A stretch of 64,000 nucleotides of DNA from assembly GCF_001194135.2 (NCBI RefSeq), contig NC_068984.1, positions 129,709,272 through 129,773,271 on the forward strand, written 5' to 3'. The DNA comes from Octopus bimaculoides. Taxonomy: Eukaryota. Shown one piece after another: positions 1 through 12,410 of this stretch. The position numbers and the translations under genes were made by a program. Every line of letters starts with the position of its first letter. Within the stretch, counting starts at the first letter, position 1. Below the pieces are notes generated by a model. The model did not search any database. It saw only the letters and a program-made list of their open reading frames with translations, and had not been told where the DNA came from.

Positions 1-1559
1 TTGGAATAATTTGGATGAGGTAATACAATGATTTGTTGTTAGAAACATGCAGAAAACTTCTTACACATGCTGTCTCTGAGCAGATAGTTTTATACAAGGG
101 AGATAATCATTTCCCCATAATATTTGGTGGGATTAGATCTTTGAATTTGTAATTATGGAATAAGAGAAAAGAGGCCTAGAATATTTCGTTTTTGTATTTG
201 GTTTGCATGTCTTGATGTGAACCCATGCAGTGAAACAAATTTTGTTGTATCTCAGGATGGTCAATAATAATAATAATATTAAATACACTAATTCTACTTC
301 ACTTCTTTATTATTATTAGCCAATTTGCTAACATTTAATCAATTAGCTAATCACTTGTTTGCTTAATTGTTTAGCCAATCAATCAATCAATCAATCAGTT
401 AGGGCTCGTCAGAATCTTTTCGTTGCTATTCATGACCTCATCAATCACATCTGTTGTTGGTCTGCTTTACGTATATTTTTGTTGTTGTGGTTATTATGGA
501 GTTCTTAAAATTTCTATTCAGTGGTAATTGTGAATAGCACTATTTCATTCTGTTTTGAAATCATCAGCATGGCGTAACTCGAAGTATTAAACATTTTTTT
601 AAATAAGACATTCCTAATAGAATGGAAAATACTGTCCAGAAGAAATTCATGGAAGTGTGTGTTTTTTTAAAACTTTTATTGTACAGTTTGCCATTAATAG
701 CTGTTATACATCCATACTCCTATATTCTTGAATAAAACTCCTGTTTCCTCTAGAAAGGTTTCTTCTTTAACAGACAGGGATATAGACAATTTCGGTAGCT
801 AGAATACACTAATCTTATTCCAAGATCATTATTGGTCAGGAAAATTCAAATCTGATAATTTTGATATCACTACAGGCTCATCTGATTTAGTGCAAGTAAC
901 AGATTTAGAAGGCTTAATCCTCTTATATATATTAAATAGAAATATTCTGGATTTAGGTAGGAGTTTGTTCCATGCTGATTCTCTTTTTAAAACTTTCAAT
1001 TAATCTTTATCTGACTTAGAATGATTTAGGAAATCTCACATTAATGTTCATGGATATAAGTATGTATATATGCTGAAAAAAATATGCAGCCTCACAGTAT
1101 AGTCACCCCAACATCGCTTGACAACCGATGCTAATGTGTTTACATCCCCATAACTTAGCGGTTCAGTAAAAGAAACTGATAGAATAAGAACTAGGCTTAC
1201 AAAGAATAAGACCTGAAGTCAATTTGCTTGACTAAAAGTGGTGCTCCAGCATGGCTACAGTGAAATGACTGAAACAAATAAAAGGATATAAATGCATATT
1301 TGTGCACATAAACACCTATGCAAAATTTTTCACAGGTGTGTATGTGCATCATTAATTTCTTTTGCTGCTGCTCTTGCCAAAATTCATCAGTGATAGTCTG
1401 AAATAAGTTTTAATCCAACCTGGTGTGTGTATGTGTGTGTTTATTAATGTCTGTTTTCATGTTGAATTATTTATAAAAACAAATCAACAATAAACTGAAT
1501 AAGTACTCAACACCTTTTGGTAGAGTACATATTTATTAACTCTTACAAACAAAAAGCTG

Positions 1560-1603
1560 ACAGTGACTGTAAAGTTTCAGCTTGCTTGCCATCATCAGAC
1601 TGT
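1560..1603 (-). ncRNA. Type I hammerhead ribozyme motif (Penelope-like)
   Basis: Minus strand ACAGT-CTGATGA-T-GGC-AAGCAA-GCT-GAAA-CT-TTAC-AG-TC-ACTGT: 5-bp stem I, GUC triplet, stem III, short stem II; AATAAA downstream. Confidence 0.7.
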
Positions 1604-2322
1604 AGATGTATGTATATGGAGAGAGGGAGTGACTGGCAGACAGACAGACATAGATTCTGTGAGTGAGTGAGTGTGTGTGTGTGTGCGCGTGCGTGTACGC
1701 GCGCGCGCGTGTACAGATCCAGGTTTCCTCATTAAGTTGCCCTCCTTTCAATTTCCTATGAAGCAGTCGCTAATCCTTCATTGAAAATCTTATCTAGGCT
1801 TTAATCTCCTTTGAAGCTCATTACATAGGTTCAACTATTATCATATCAATGACTTACATGCATAGTTATATAAACATCATCTGTATAGCTGTCTCTCTTG
1901 TCTACTAGGCAGCTAATAACAGTACAGTACCTGAAGTGAATATTTAATCCATTTGAACTCTGTCTTTCTCTCTCTTTCTCTCTATTTCTCTGTCTGTCTA
2001 TGTCTTTCTTCTCTCACTCTCTCTTTTCCTTCATATCGTTCTTTTACTCTATCTCTCATGTAAAACTCAGCATTTACTCTTTAAACCAGAGAAGTAATAT
2101 GAAAATTTTGATTATTTCTCAATACCCACATATAATCAAACTAAAGACGACGAGGTAGTATTTTAAAGTCATGTATCAGTCGCATTATTTTATACTTGAT
2201 CTTAACTGAAAAACTGTGGTGCAACTTATTACATGGAGCAAAGCTAAAACCATGAAGGAAAAAGTTTTGTAGCAAGCTTTAACATTAGATTAGGGATGCA
2301 ACTTCATCATGAGTGCAGCTTA

Positions 2323-2620
2323 TACGAGGTGGTACCCCAAAGTAACTGGAAACATTTACTGTGGGACAAGCCTGTTGTAGTTCAGGTTTCTGCCACTAGA
2401 TGTGATCCCCAGGCATCAGTCTGGCATCATTGTATGAAATTGTACTGCCACATAATGCATCTATATTTTGCAGTGTTTCTCCCCTGTTTGTCAACTTTTG
2501 AGATGAAACGATGAAATGGTGTGCTTCTGTGAAATTTTGTTTTCTGCTGGGGAAAACAGCAGCTGAAACAAGTGTCATGCTTCAAACAGCTTACAAGATC
2601 ACTGCCATGGGAACATAGAC
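2323..2620 (+). mobile_element. Mariner 5' end relic
   Basis: TA-CGAGG terminus at 2323; CASVKFCFLLGKTAAETSVMLQTAY (2520-2600) matches the mariner transposase N-terminus. Confidence 0.7.
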
Positions 2621-2664
2621 TAATCACCACCAGTTGTTAAGTGATGTAGGGAGACAAATACAAG

Positions 2665-2696
<32 letters not shown>

Positions 2697-3294
2697 TTTT
2701 CTATTAATATTTAGTAGAAGCACACTCTGTTAAATGGTTGGCATTAGGAAGGGCATCCAGCTGTAGAAACCATGCCACAGCAGACAGTTGGAATCTGGAC
2801 TACTCCCTGCTAGCCAGATCCATGCCAAGCTGTCCAACCAATGCAAGCATGGAAAGTGAATGTTAAACAATGATGATGATATATTTATATAGCATTGTTG
2901 GCATAAGCGTTGATTAAATGTCAACCATTTAAAGTTAGTTTCACTGGTGGGCATAGATTCTGTTTATAGGTCAGTAAATCTATATATTAGTTTGGTTTAA
3001 GTAGAACCTGTGAGTGGCATCAAAAGTGCAAGAATAATATAAGAATATACTTGGAATGAATGGACAAAGAAATGATTGCAATCTATCTCTGGGTTTAATT
3101 AGAATTTCTTAGAATAATATTGCTTAATATGACATGTTTCTGAAGAAACATATATACATATACATGTATATATCTGTGTGTGTGTGTGTGTATTATATAT
3201 ATTATACTTGTATTATATATATATCTAATATTATAAATAATAAATACACACACATAATGCATGTATATATTATATAGTATTATATAAATTATGT

Positions 3295-3713
3295 AGGCTT
3301 AGGAGTGGCTGTGTGGTAAGTAGCTTGCTTACGAACCACATGGTTCTGGGTTCAGTCCCACTGCGTGGCACCTTGGGCAAGTGTCTTCTACTATAGTCTC
3401 GGGCTGACCAAAGCCTTGTGAGTGGATTTGGTAGACGGAAACTGAAAGAAGCTCGTCGTATATATGTATATATCTAAGTATGATGTGTGTGTATATATGT
3501 TTGTGTGTCTGTGTTTGTCCCCCCCCCCCACATCGCTTGACAACTGATGTTGGTGTATTTACGTCTCTGTAACTTAGCGGTTCGGCAAAAAAGACCGATA
3601 GAATAAGTACTGGGCTTAAAAAGAATAAGTCCTGGGGATGATTTGCTCGACTAAAGGCGGTGCTCCAGCATGGCCACAGTCTAATGACTGAAACAAGTAA
3701 AAGAGTAAAAGAG
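3295..3713 (+). mobile_element. tRNA-derived SINE family A
   Basis: GGAGTGGCTGTGTGGTAAG head, CCTTGGGCAAGTG core, internal (TA)/(TG) tract, (TAAAAGAG)n tail. Confidence 0.92.
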
Positions 3714-4810
3714 TATATGCATGTGTGTATATTTATAGACACATATGTATATATGTATATGTATATACATATATAAAGGTAATGATGCATACACAACACA
3801 CAACACATGTACGCATGCGTACTTAATGTATGAGTATATATATATATATAATGTGTTTATATATATATGTATATATGTTGGGGACACATAAAAGGTATCC
3901 AGCTGTAGAAGGGCATTCAGCCATAGAAACCAAGCCAAAACAGACTGGTACCTGGTGTAGCTCTTCACCTTACCAACTTCAGTCAAATCATCTTACCCAT
4001 GCTAGACCGTTGACTAATCATTAGTTCCTCTGCCCTTTATAGCCAGGATAATAAAACAGCATTAATTTAATTAAATTTAAGTGGTAATATCTAGAATGAA
4101 TAAAGTTCAACTCAATCTTTCATTGCCTAATATAACAGCTTTCACTTAATTAAGCATAGATTAAACATTAATTAAATAATCAATGATAGATAAACCCATG
4201 TTTATCTATCTACTCTTTGGTCAATGCTTGCTTCCTTCAGTTCTGTAACTGATGAAATCTTTGACGATCTTGCTTCCAATTAATTAACAGGATATTCTCA
4301 TATGTGATCTATTGAATTAAGACTGAGGCTTACAATAAACCATTCTGAAATTTTTATCTTGTATCTTGTACTTGTGGTGGTGGCAGTGGTGGGGGCAGGT
4401 GGTCGCAGTAGCAGGTAGTGGCTGGTGGTGGTGGTGGTGGTGGTGGTAGCGGCGGTGGTCGTGGTAGTGGTGCTGGTATATTTGACGTCACAAACAAGGG
4501 GGGAAAAAGTTTTGAATAGAAAAGTGAGAGTGTAAGTATTTATATGTTAATCAGTTTTAGAGTTGCAGACATGACTTACTGTTTGTAAAATAAAATATTT
4601 TGTGGTGATCAACCATTGGTTAGTAAATGGATCAGCTGAAAAATAATTATAAAAAAAAAAAATACAAAAAAAATTTTTAAGACATTAACGAAAGGGGAAA
4701 GGTATGGTGAGAGCTCAATCTGTGCGTGAGTGTGTGCGCGCGCACACACATACTTCACTTCCATCAATAGCAAGTTTTTCACCAGGGATACCCTGGATTT
4801 TTCTCAGCTA

Positions 4811-5130
4811 CTGTATTTCCCCGAAAAAATGACCTACTCCGAAAATAAGCCCTACCATGATTTTTCAGGATGTTTTTAATATAAGCCCTAGCCCTAGTCA
4901 AAAATGCATCAAAAATAAGACCTAGTTAAAAATGCATCAGCTTGTTGGCAAGACCATGTTATGTCTGCAAGATAAACCAACTACCGCAGCTTGGCTAAAG
5001 TCTGCGCTAAGTTGATGCATGCACAAAGTTGACGCCCTTGGCTTGACTGCCTTGTCCCCTAGGCAAGATGAGAGCAAAAATAAAGAGTTATTCTGTGGAG
5101 TACAAGAAAGGAATTGTGGAAAAGTCATAT
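4811..5130 (+). mobile_element. pogo/Tc2-like transposon 5' fragment
   Basis: TA-CTGTATTTCCCCGAAAA terminus, repeated ATAAGCCCTA subterminal motifs, ORF start MRAKIKSYSVEYKKGIVEK at 5068. Confidence 0.6.
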
Positions 5131-5140
5131 AACAAGAAAC

Positions 5141-5222
5141 AGTGAAACATGGACTGCTGAGGACATGCGTAGGCTTGCAAGAAATGAAGCTAGTATGATC
5201 CACTGGTTGTGTAATGTCAGTA
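5141..5222 (+). mobile_element. RTE LINE fragment
   Basis: SETWTAEDMRRLARNEASMIHWLCNVS matches the post-RT RTE motif. Confidence 0.55.
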
Positions 5223-5631
5223 TGTTATAAATGTTATAAATTGATTTGTTACCTTGAGATTATCTGTTCATGCAGTTGTTAAGTGGTGGTCATGGGACAA
5301 TAAACAATACAAACATACCTGCACCTATATGTTCATATTTCTGTCTATTTATCTCTCTGTATATCTATATATCTTTCGATTATTCTCTCATTAGTGAATG
5401 TGATACAAATGGTAAGTGGGGCATAGAGTGTACATACTAAATTTCCATGTTTTTTTGTTTATGTTCAATGTTCTGTACTAATGGTGATATTTATTGTTAT
5501 CTATCGCTCATCAAATTTCTATCAATACAAATTTGTACGTTTCCATGTTATGATCATGATGTCATTGAATCATGTCTCTGTCACAGTGAAGTAATTCATC
5601 TCTTCATGGTTTTCCATCTTATTATTGTTGT

Positions 5632-6230
5632 TTTTGATTTGCCTGGGTGATTTGGAGTTCCAGACCTTCTTTAGTTTGTGACAGCTTGTCCATGCTTGTG
5701 CCTTCTTGATCTTTATGTCTGCTTCTGAACTGCTCACCCAACCACTTAAGTACTTGAAGCTTTCGGCAATATTCAGTTTGGAACCGCTCAAAGCAAACAG
5801 TCGAATCATTGCTATTATATGGCAGTGAAACATGGAGACTGACAAAGAAATTATCAAACGGGCTAAATGGATGCTACACAAGGATGCTGCGAATGACCCT
5901 AAATGTGAAATGGTAGCAACATACGACAAATGAATGCCTTTATGGAGACCTGTTGAAAGTTAGTGAGGAGATCAGGCAAAGACAGCTGCAACTATCTCTG
6001 GTCACTGTGTATGCCACCCTGATCTGGAAGCATCCAAATTAGTCTTGTGAAACCAACTTCAGGTTAATGTAAGAAGCAGAAAATGTTGTCACACTTACAT
6101 CAACAACTTGATGTAGATACTGGCCTGGAATGTATCCAGGGCTTTGAGGCAGTGATGTTGGACCTAGAAGTGTGGCGAGTGGACTTCGTTGCTGTGGTCC
6201 AAATTGAAAACAAGCCATAATAATAATAAA
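5632..6230 (+). mobile_element. RTE-type LINE 3' fragment with 5' inversion
   Basis: Minus 5632-5796 encodes ESFKYLSGWVSSSEADIKIKKAQAW...RQIK; plus 5797 onward encodes TVESLLLYGSETW...; (TAA)n tail; TSD ATTATTGTTGT. Confidence 0.85.
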
Positions 6231-6851
6231 ATTATTGTTGTAGTACAGCTATTCATATATCCTTATGAGTTTAGGTTATGAAGCTGTGAACATGTACATA
6301 AGGTTAAGTCTCTGCCTTGGATCTTCATGAGAAGCTATGAATTTTTTTTCTTTTTTGAGGCCTTCATCTGTGGTTAATGATCGTGAATGAAGGTCCTAGT
6401 TGTTTGCTCCACCAGAAAAGTATCGTCTGTGGCTATCTCTCCAGTATAGGCTGCTCAATAGAATCCAGTTCTGGATAGTATGGTGCGGAGAACAGGTTGT
6501 TGCCCATGCAACATGACCCATCCCCACCACCACTCCATGTCATTGATGGATCCAAAGAAACAACATGGCCATTTCAATTTGGTACCAGCATCACAGGAAT
6601 TGCTAGAATGAGGTTGTAGACAATGTCAAACTGTCTTGAGCTCCAGCTCCTGGTTTTTGTTCAGAGTTTATTCCTAAAGTTTTTCCAATGGCTGGGTATG
6701 GCTGCAAGCAGTTTGGGATTTGGAATCAGGGTTTTCCTCCCTCTAGATGGATTGTTCCCCCAATCCCAAGTTAATGAGGTCTATGAACTTTTTAAGGTCT
6801 TATGTATGAGCATGTTTATTACAAAAGGTCTTGTGTATGAACATGTTTATT

Positions 6852-7234
6852 GTTGGCACTCCGTCGCTTACGACATCGAGGGTTCCGGTTGATCCAATCA
6901 GCGGAACAGCCTGCTCATGAAATTAACATGCAAGTGGCTGAGCACTCCACAGACACATGTACCCTTAACATAGTTCTTGGGGGATATTCAGTGTGACATA
7001 ATGTGACAAGGCTGGCTCTTTGAATTACAGGCACAACAGAAACAAGAAGTAAGAGTGAGAGAAAGTTGTGGTGAAAGAGTACAGCAGGGTTCGCCACCAT
7101 CCCCTGCTGGAGCCTCGTAGAGCTTTAGGTGTTTTCACTCACTAAACACTCACAACGCCCGGTCTGGGAATCGAAACTGTGATCTTATGACCGCGAGTCC
7201 GCTGCCCTAACCACCAGGCCATTGCGCCTCCACT
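6852..7234 (-). mobile_element. tRNA-derived SINE family B
   Basis: A/B boxes, about 385 bp, (AAC)-type tail; TSD ACATGTTTATT at 6841-51 and 7235-45. Confidence 0.92.
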
Positions 7235-7878
7235 ACATGTTTATTAAAAACTGAATAAACAGACCAAAAGGTCATTTGACTCACCTCACATGCACACCAA
7301 AAACTTATTGCAGCAGTTATTTATGATTTAAATTATGCAAAAGAGTTAAGTAACATCGGAAGCTATGCTTTGCATGCCATATATTTCAGTTTGCCTGGTT
7401 ATTTTCCTCATCTTAGCATTCATTGTACCATTGACTTTTATTCATTGGGAATCTTATTTAGTGTGACTCTATTATATTTAAACTAGTTTTTACATGATCT
7501 TAATTTAGAGATTGCTATGCTATACATAAAATAGGTTATAAAATAATATGAGTCAATGTTTTCTTTGTCTCTCTCATGAAATATACATAATAAGAAAATG
7601 TTATGCTTTACTCATCATCATCATTAGTCATCATTATCATCATTATATGTTTGCTTTTCACGCTAGTATAGCTTGGACAGTTCATCACCATCTCAGTCAG
7701 CTCTTATTCAGAATCACTGTCTTCTTATGCATGGTTTGGGGATCACATTTCTGTACATTTTATTTGAGCATGGCATTTACGGTTAACTGCCCTTCCTAAA
7801 ACCAGCCACTGTGCAGTGTGTGTTACAGGTACATTTTTATCTTGGCACCTACACTAGAGAGGTTGTCATGTCCTTGAA

Positions 7879-7980
7879 CAGTGGTTCTCAACCAGGGCTC
7901 GTATAAGATTTTGTTGTTGAAATTTATCTGCAATAAATTGGTTATACTTCTACAACACACAAAATATTTTAACAATTTAA
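7879..7980. mobile_element. hAT MITE left end, truncated by a SINE
   Basis: CAGTGGTTCTCAACC terminus. Confidence 0.45.
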
Positions 7981-7983
7981 CAT

Positions 7984-8375
7984 AGGCGCAGGAGTGGCTG
8001 TGTGGTAAGTAGCTTGCTTACCAACTACATGGTTCCAGGTTCAGTCCCACTGCGTGGCATCTTGGGCAAGTGTCTTCTACTATAGCCTCGGGCCGACCAA
8101 AGCCTTGTGAGTGGATATGCTAGACGGAAACTGAAAGAAGCCCGTCGTATATATGTATATATATGTGTGTGTGTTTGTGTGTCTCTGTTTGTCCCCCTAG
8201 CATTGCTTGACAACCGATGCTGGTGTGTTTATGTCCCCGTCACTTAGCAGTTCGGGAAAAGAGATTGATAGAATAAGTACTAGGCTTACAAAAAATAAGT
8301 CCTGGGGTTGATTTGCTCGACTAAAGGCGGTGCTCCAGCATGGCCGCAGTCAAATGACTGAAACAAGTAAAAGAG
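7984..8375 (+). mobile_element. SINE family A
   Basis: Full-length copy. Confidence 0.92.
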
Positions 8376-9156
8376 TATCGAATGGCTNNNNNNNNNNNNN
8401 NNNNNNNNNNNNNNNNNNNNNNNNNNNNNNNNNNNNNNNNNNNNNNNNNNNNNNNNNNNNNNNNNNNNNNNNNNNNNNNNNNNNNNNNNNNNNNNNNNNN
8501 NNNNNNNNNNNNNNNNNNNNNNNNNNNNNNNNNNNNNNNNNNNNNNNNNNNNNNNNNNNNNNNNNNNNNNNNNNNNNNNNNNNNNNNNNNNNNNNNNNNN
8601 NNNNNNNNNNNNNNNNNNNNNNNNNNNNNNNNGTCCATCTGAGTAAAATAGGAATAAAAGCGAGTCCAAAGGTAAAAAATGGTTAAGAAATACTATGCTT
8701 GACAAAATAAAAGCTAAAGGGTCCTCTCAGCCTTACAATGTGTCCAGTTGTTCAATAACCACTTTATAGAGCTTACTTGGTCCATTTTACAGTGTTACCA
8801 TCACTTGTGAAGCTGCCCTCTACTCTGCAAGCAAAAGAGTTCTCACTGCTCAATGTTATCTCCATTTATTCAGAGCAATGTGACCATAACATATAGAGAG
8901 GCAATGTTGAGATTACTTAGCCCTGAACAAACATTAAAAAATTAAAGATAACCAGGTCGTAATGTCTATGAAAAATCTATTTCGGATTTGAATGAGCACA
9001 AATATTTCATTTTTTTTTTTTTGACAGTGATAATGTAGTAGGTATAGGGGTAAGTAGTAACAAGGCATACTGTTAACACATTTATTGACTGTTACAGATG
9101 TCAAAAAGATCAATGAAACAGCTGTTGAAAATGCAGTAAAAAATGTTATGTATATA

Positions 9157-9521
9157 AGTGCAGGATTGGCTGTGTGGTAAATAACTTGCTTACCAACCAC
9201 ATGATTCCGGGTTCAGTCCCACTGTGTGGCATCTTGGGCAACTGTCTTCTACTATAGCCTCAGGACGACCAAAGCCTTGTCAGTGAATTTGGTAGACGAA
9301 AACTGAAAGAAGCCCGTCGTATATATGTAGAACTGTTCTTTTCAAACTGGAGCGAACACGTTACAATGAAGTAGAGAAATTTGAGAAGACAACATGAAAC
9401 CGGTTATTTCTCAAAATACAATGTTTATATACCAAAAAGATTTTATAACATTTTTCTGGCATAATTTAAATATATACTTTAACCATGTAACACAAGCCTT
9501 CTGTAGTTTTTTCACTCTTAT

Positions 9522-9572
<51 letters not shown>

Positions 9573-9799
9573 TTATGTGTGTGTGTGTGTGTATATATGT
9601 TTGTGTCTGTGTTTGTCCCCCCACCATCGCTTGACAACTGATGCTGGTGTGTTTATGTCCCCGTAACTTAGCGGTTCAGCAAAAGAGACTGATAGAATAA
9701 GTATTAGGCTTGCAAAGAATAAGTCCTGGGGGTCGATTTGTTCGACTAAAGGCAGTGCTTCAGCAGGGCTGCAGTCAAATGACTGAAACAAGTAAAGAA
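9157..9799 (+). mobile_element. SINE family A with about 200-bp insert (9330-9530) in its (TA)n tract
   Basis: Head and tail halves are separated by unrelated sequence. Confidence 0.85.
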
Positions 9800-10221
9800 T
9801 ATATGTCACTGGAAAATGACAGCACAAAAACAAGTCAATGTTTTAGGACTGCATATAAAATTATACTCCAATGTGGGTTCACACATGGATGTTTTATGAT
9901 ATTGAACTGGAAAAAATGCATGGCCTTAACTAAGGATGCATTTGTTATGCTCATAGTTGATGTACAGATATTGTACATCACATAAGGAACCCAAATGCAA
10001 AAGGCTGGTAAAATTTATAATTTCCAATCAATCTAAAATATTTATTATAACTAATGAGTCTACTGCTTAAATTACAAAACTGTTCTAGTAATATGCTTAA
10101 GCCACCACAAAGTCCAGTCTGTGTTGAAATGTGGTGAGTTGTGTGTCTCAGAGATCCTGAGAGCTATGTGAGTGGAGTGCAAGCTCTTGGTAAGGCTTCC
10201 CATGCTGGACAGGTCAAAGGA

Positions 10222-10622
10222 TAGAGGCCAAACTAATATGGACCCCCTCTTTCTAAAGGTAAAAATGGGTTTGTGTAGGGTCTAGANNNNNNNNNNAGGT
10301 AAAAATGGGTTTGTGTAGGGTCTAGAGGCCAAACTAATATGGACCCCTCTTTCTAAAGGTAAAAATGGGTTTGTGTAGGGTCTAGAGGCCAAAGTAATAT
10401 GGACCCCTCTTTCTAAAGGTAAAAATGGGTTTGTGTAGGGTCTCGAGGCCAAACTAATATGGACTCCTCTTTCTAAAGGTAAAAATGGGTTTGTGTAGGG
10501 TCTAGAGGCCAAACTAATATGGACCCCTCTTTCTAAAGGTAAAAATGGGTTTGTGTAGGGTCTAGTAGCCAAACTAATATGGACCTCTCTTTCTAAAGGT
10601 AAAAATGGGTTTGTGTAGGGTC
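10222..10622 (+). repeat. 60-bp minisatellite, about 7 copies
   Basis: Unit CTAGAGGCCAAACTAATATGGACCCCTCTTTCTAAAGGTAAAAATGGGTTTGTGTAGGGT; a 10-N gap lies in copy 2. Confidence 0.97.
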
Positions 10623-11869
10623 AGCACTCCTATTTAGAAGAATGCAAAGTTACAGAAGCATCAGTAAGACTTCAAAACAAGATTTAGCAGAGAAAGGCCT
10701 TTAAGACAAAACCTAAAGTTGAGAACAATGGAAAAACTCATCTGTGGCTTCTGCTCCATAGGAAGTGAAGGGCTTAAATGAAAGTAAATCTGCATAAATC
10801 AGCATAGTAGCTGTGGACACACTAGCTGTTATAACTACAAACCTGCATGTAACTGATTCGTATTGCAAGGTCAGTCTACACTGACTTGGCAACAGCAATG
10901 AAGCTTAGCATCCAACCAAGCAACTTAGTAGCTCTTTCAAGAAAAGCGGTGCTTGCATCCTGAAATGAGAAATGGCTTAGAAATGGTGCCTAATATTGCA
11001 TGATGCATCCATTAACAAACCAGTATATTACAGCTGGCGGACACTCTGTTTAAGCAGTTGAAATGTAAAGAAGAAATGTGGGCCGTTCATTCTTGGTGCA
11101 TGAAATGCATACACACTTCTGAATAAAGACACTTCAGGCAACAGCTTGCCAGATATAACATCGATTGTATAGCCTTAAGATAGAGCTCACTTGAAATGGA
11201 AGGTGAGCTATTTCTAGCAAGCAACTGATCAAACCTATGGCTAATGACCTATTTCATCTATAACCTCCACAGCATGCTTCTCTCATCCTTCCTTTTCAAG
11301 ACACTAGGAGTGTAAAGTAAGAGAAATTTGGCTACTATTTGATGATGATGTCCCATGATGCCATCTACCTATTTACAGCTGAGTTTACTGAGCCATCAAA
11401 TGATAAGTGATCTGAACTACTGACTTCTCAGTCTGAGGGCTGACACCCATATCAGTCGTCTGTAACTCTCCCATTAAAGAGCCATTTTTTATAATAGGAG
11501 GGACTGTCCCCCTCACCTCTACATTCACCCATCCTTCTCTCTGCAATCTCTAGGCCTTTATATTTTGACAGCTCATCCTCCACCTCCACTCCTCCACAAG
11601 TGTTTCAGTCTTTGGTTAGAAGGGATGGATATATCAACACAATATCATTTCTTCCTCATTCTGTCTAATGGTGATGTCTAGACATTTAATTCGACCTTCC
11701 TGGCTGTTAGGACAGACAGACAGATAGGCAGACAGACAGATAGGCAGACAGACAGATATATCTCTGTAAAAGCAGTTGAAAAATACTATATTCTTTTTAG
11801 TGTTTAGTGGATGTTCCTACCATTTATATTATATAGCCTGTCCAGATTTTAGTTGTATTTCTTTCTCTA

Positions 11870-12081
11870 CAGGGTGTCTACAAAGTCTGGGTACATGAAG
11901 TAAATAAATTCATAACATAAACAATTAAATATAAGAAATAATAATTTCTTAAAGTATGTCTTAATCCCAATGTGGATACATGGAGTAAATAAAATCTTAA
12001 CATAAACAATTAAATATAAGAAATAATAATTTTTTAAAGTATGTGTTAATCCCCATGTACCCAGACTTTGTGGACACCCTG
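11870..12081. mobile_element. Tc1/mariner-type MITE
   Basis: TIR CAGGGTGTCTACAAAGTCTGGGTACATG, 1 mismatch; TA on both sides; internal tandem duplication. Confidence 0.9.
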
Positions 12082-12410
12082 TAGAATGTGTTGGAATATA
12101 ATAAGAGACAAGCTGTTTAGATATATTGTTGTGTAGTCCGGGTTCAGCCACAATCCTGGAGACCTGTGATTAAATGCATTCCCTCAATGATACTTTGTCT
12201 TATAGTTGCACATTTTACATGCACTATTTTTTATACGTTTTACATTTCAAATATAAAATGCACTTTCTGCTTTTGATAACAAGTCAAGTGATTTAAGTAG
12301 TGATCTTACACAAAGTGTACTGTGTGGGTTGTGATGTTGACTAGAAAAGAAAATTCCTTGCATAGAGTGTTGTCTGTAAGTAGCAGAGATATTTTTTGGG
12401 GACTGTGTGT

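Noticed and set aside
365-416. Minus-strand CTGACGA-GCC...GGC-TAAAC
   Set aside because: The core GAAA is broken, with no cleavage triplet or stem I.
531-569. Minus-strand CTGATGA-TTTC...GAAT-GAAA-TAGTGCTA-TT hammerhead-like motif
   Set aside because: Stem I is only 2 bp and stem II is 3 AT-rich pairs. It may be a decayed copy but cannot be told from chance.
10222-10622. CRISPR-like array
   Set aside because: Head-to-tail repeats without unique spacers, in a eukaryotic context with no cas genes.
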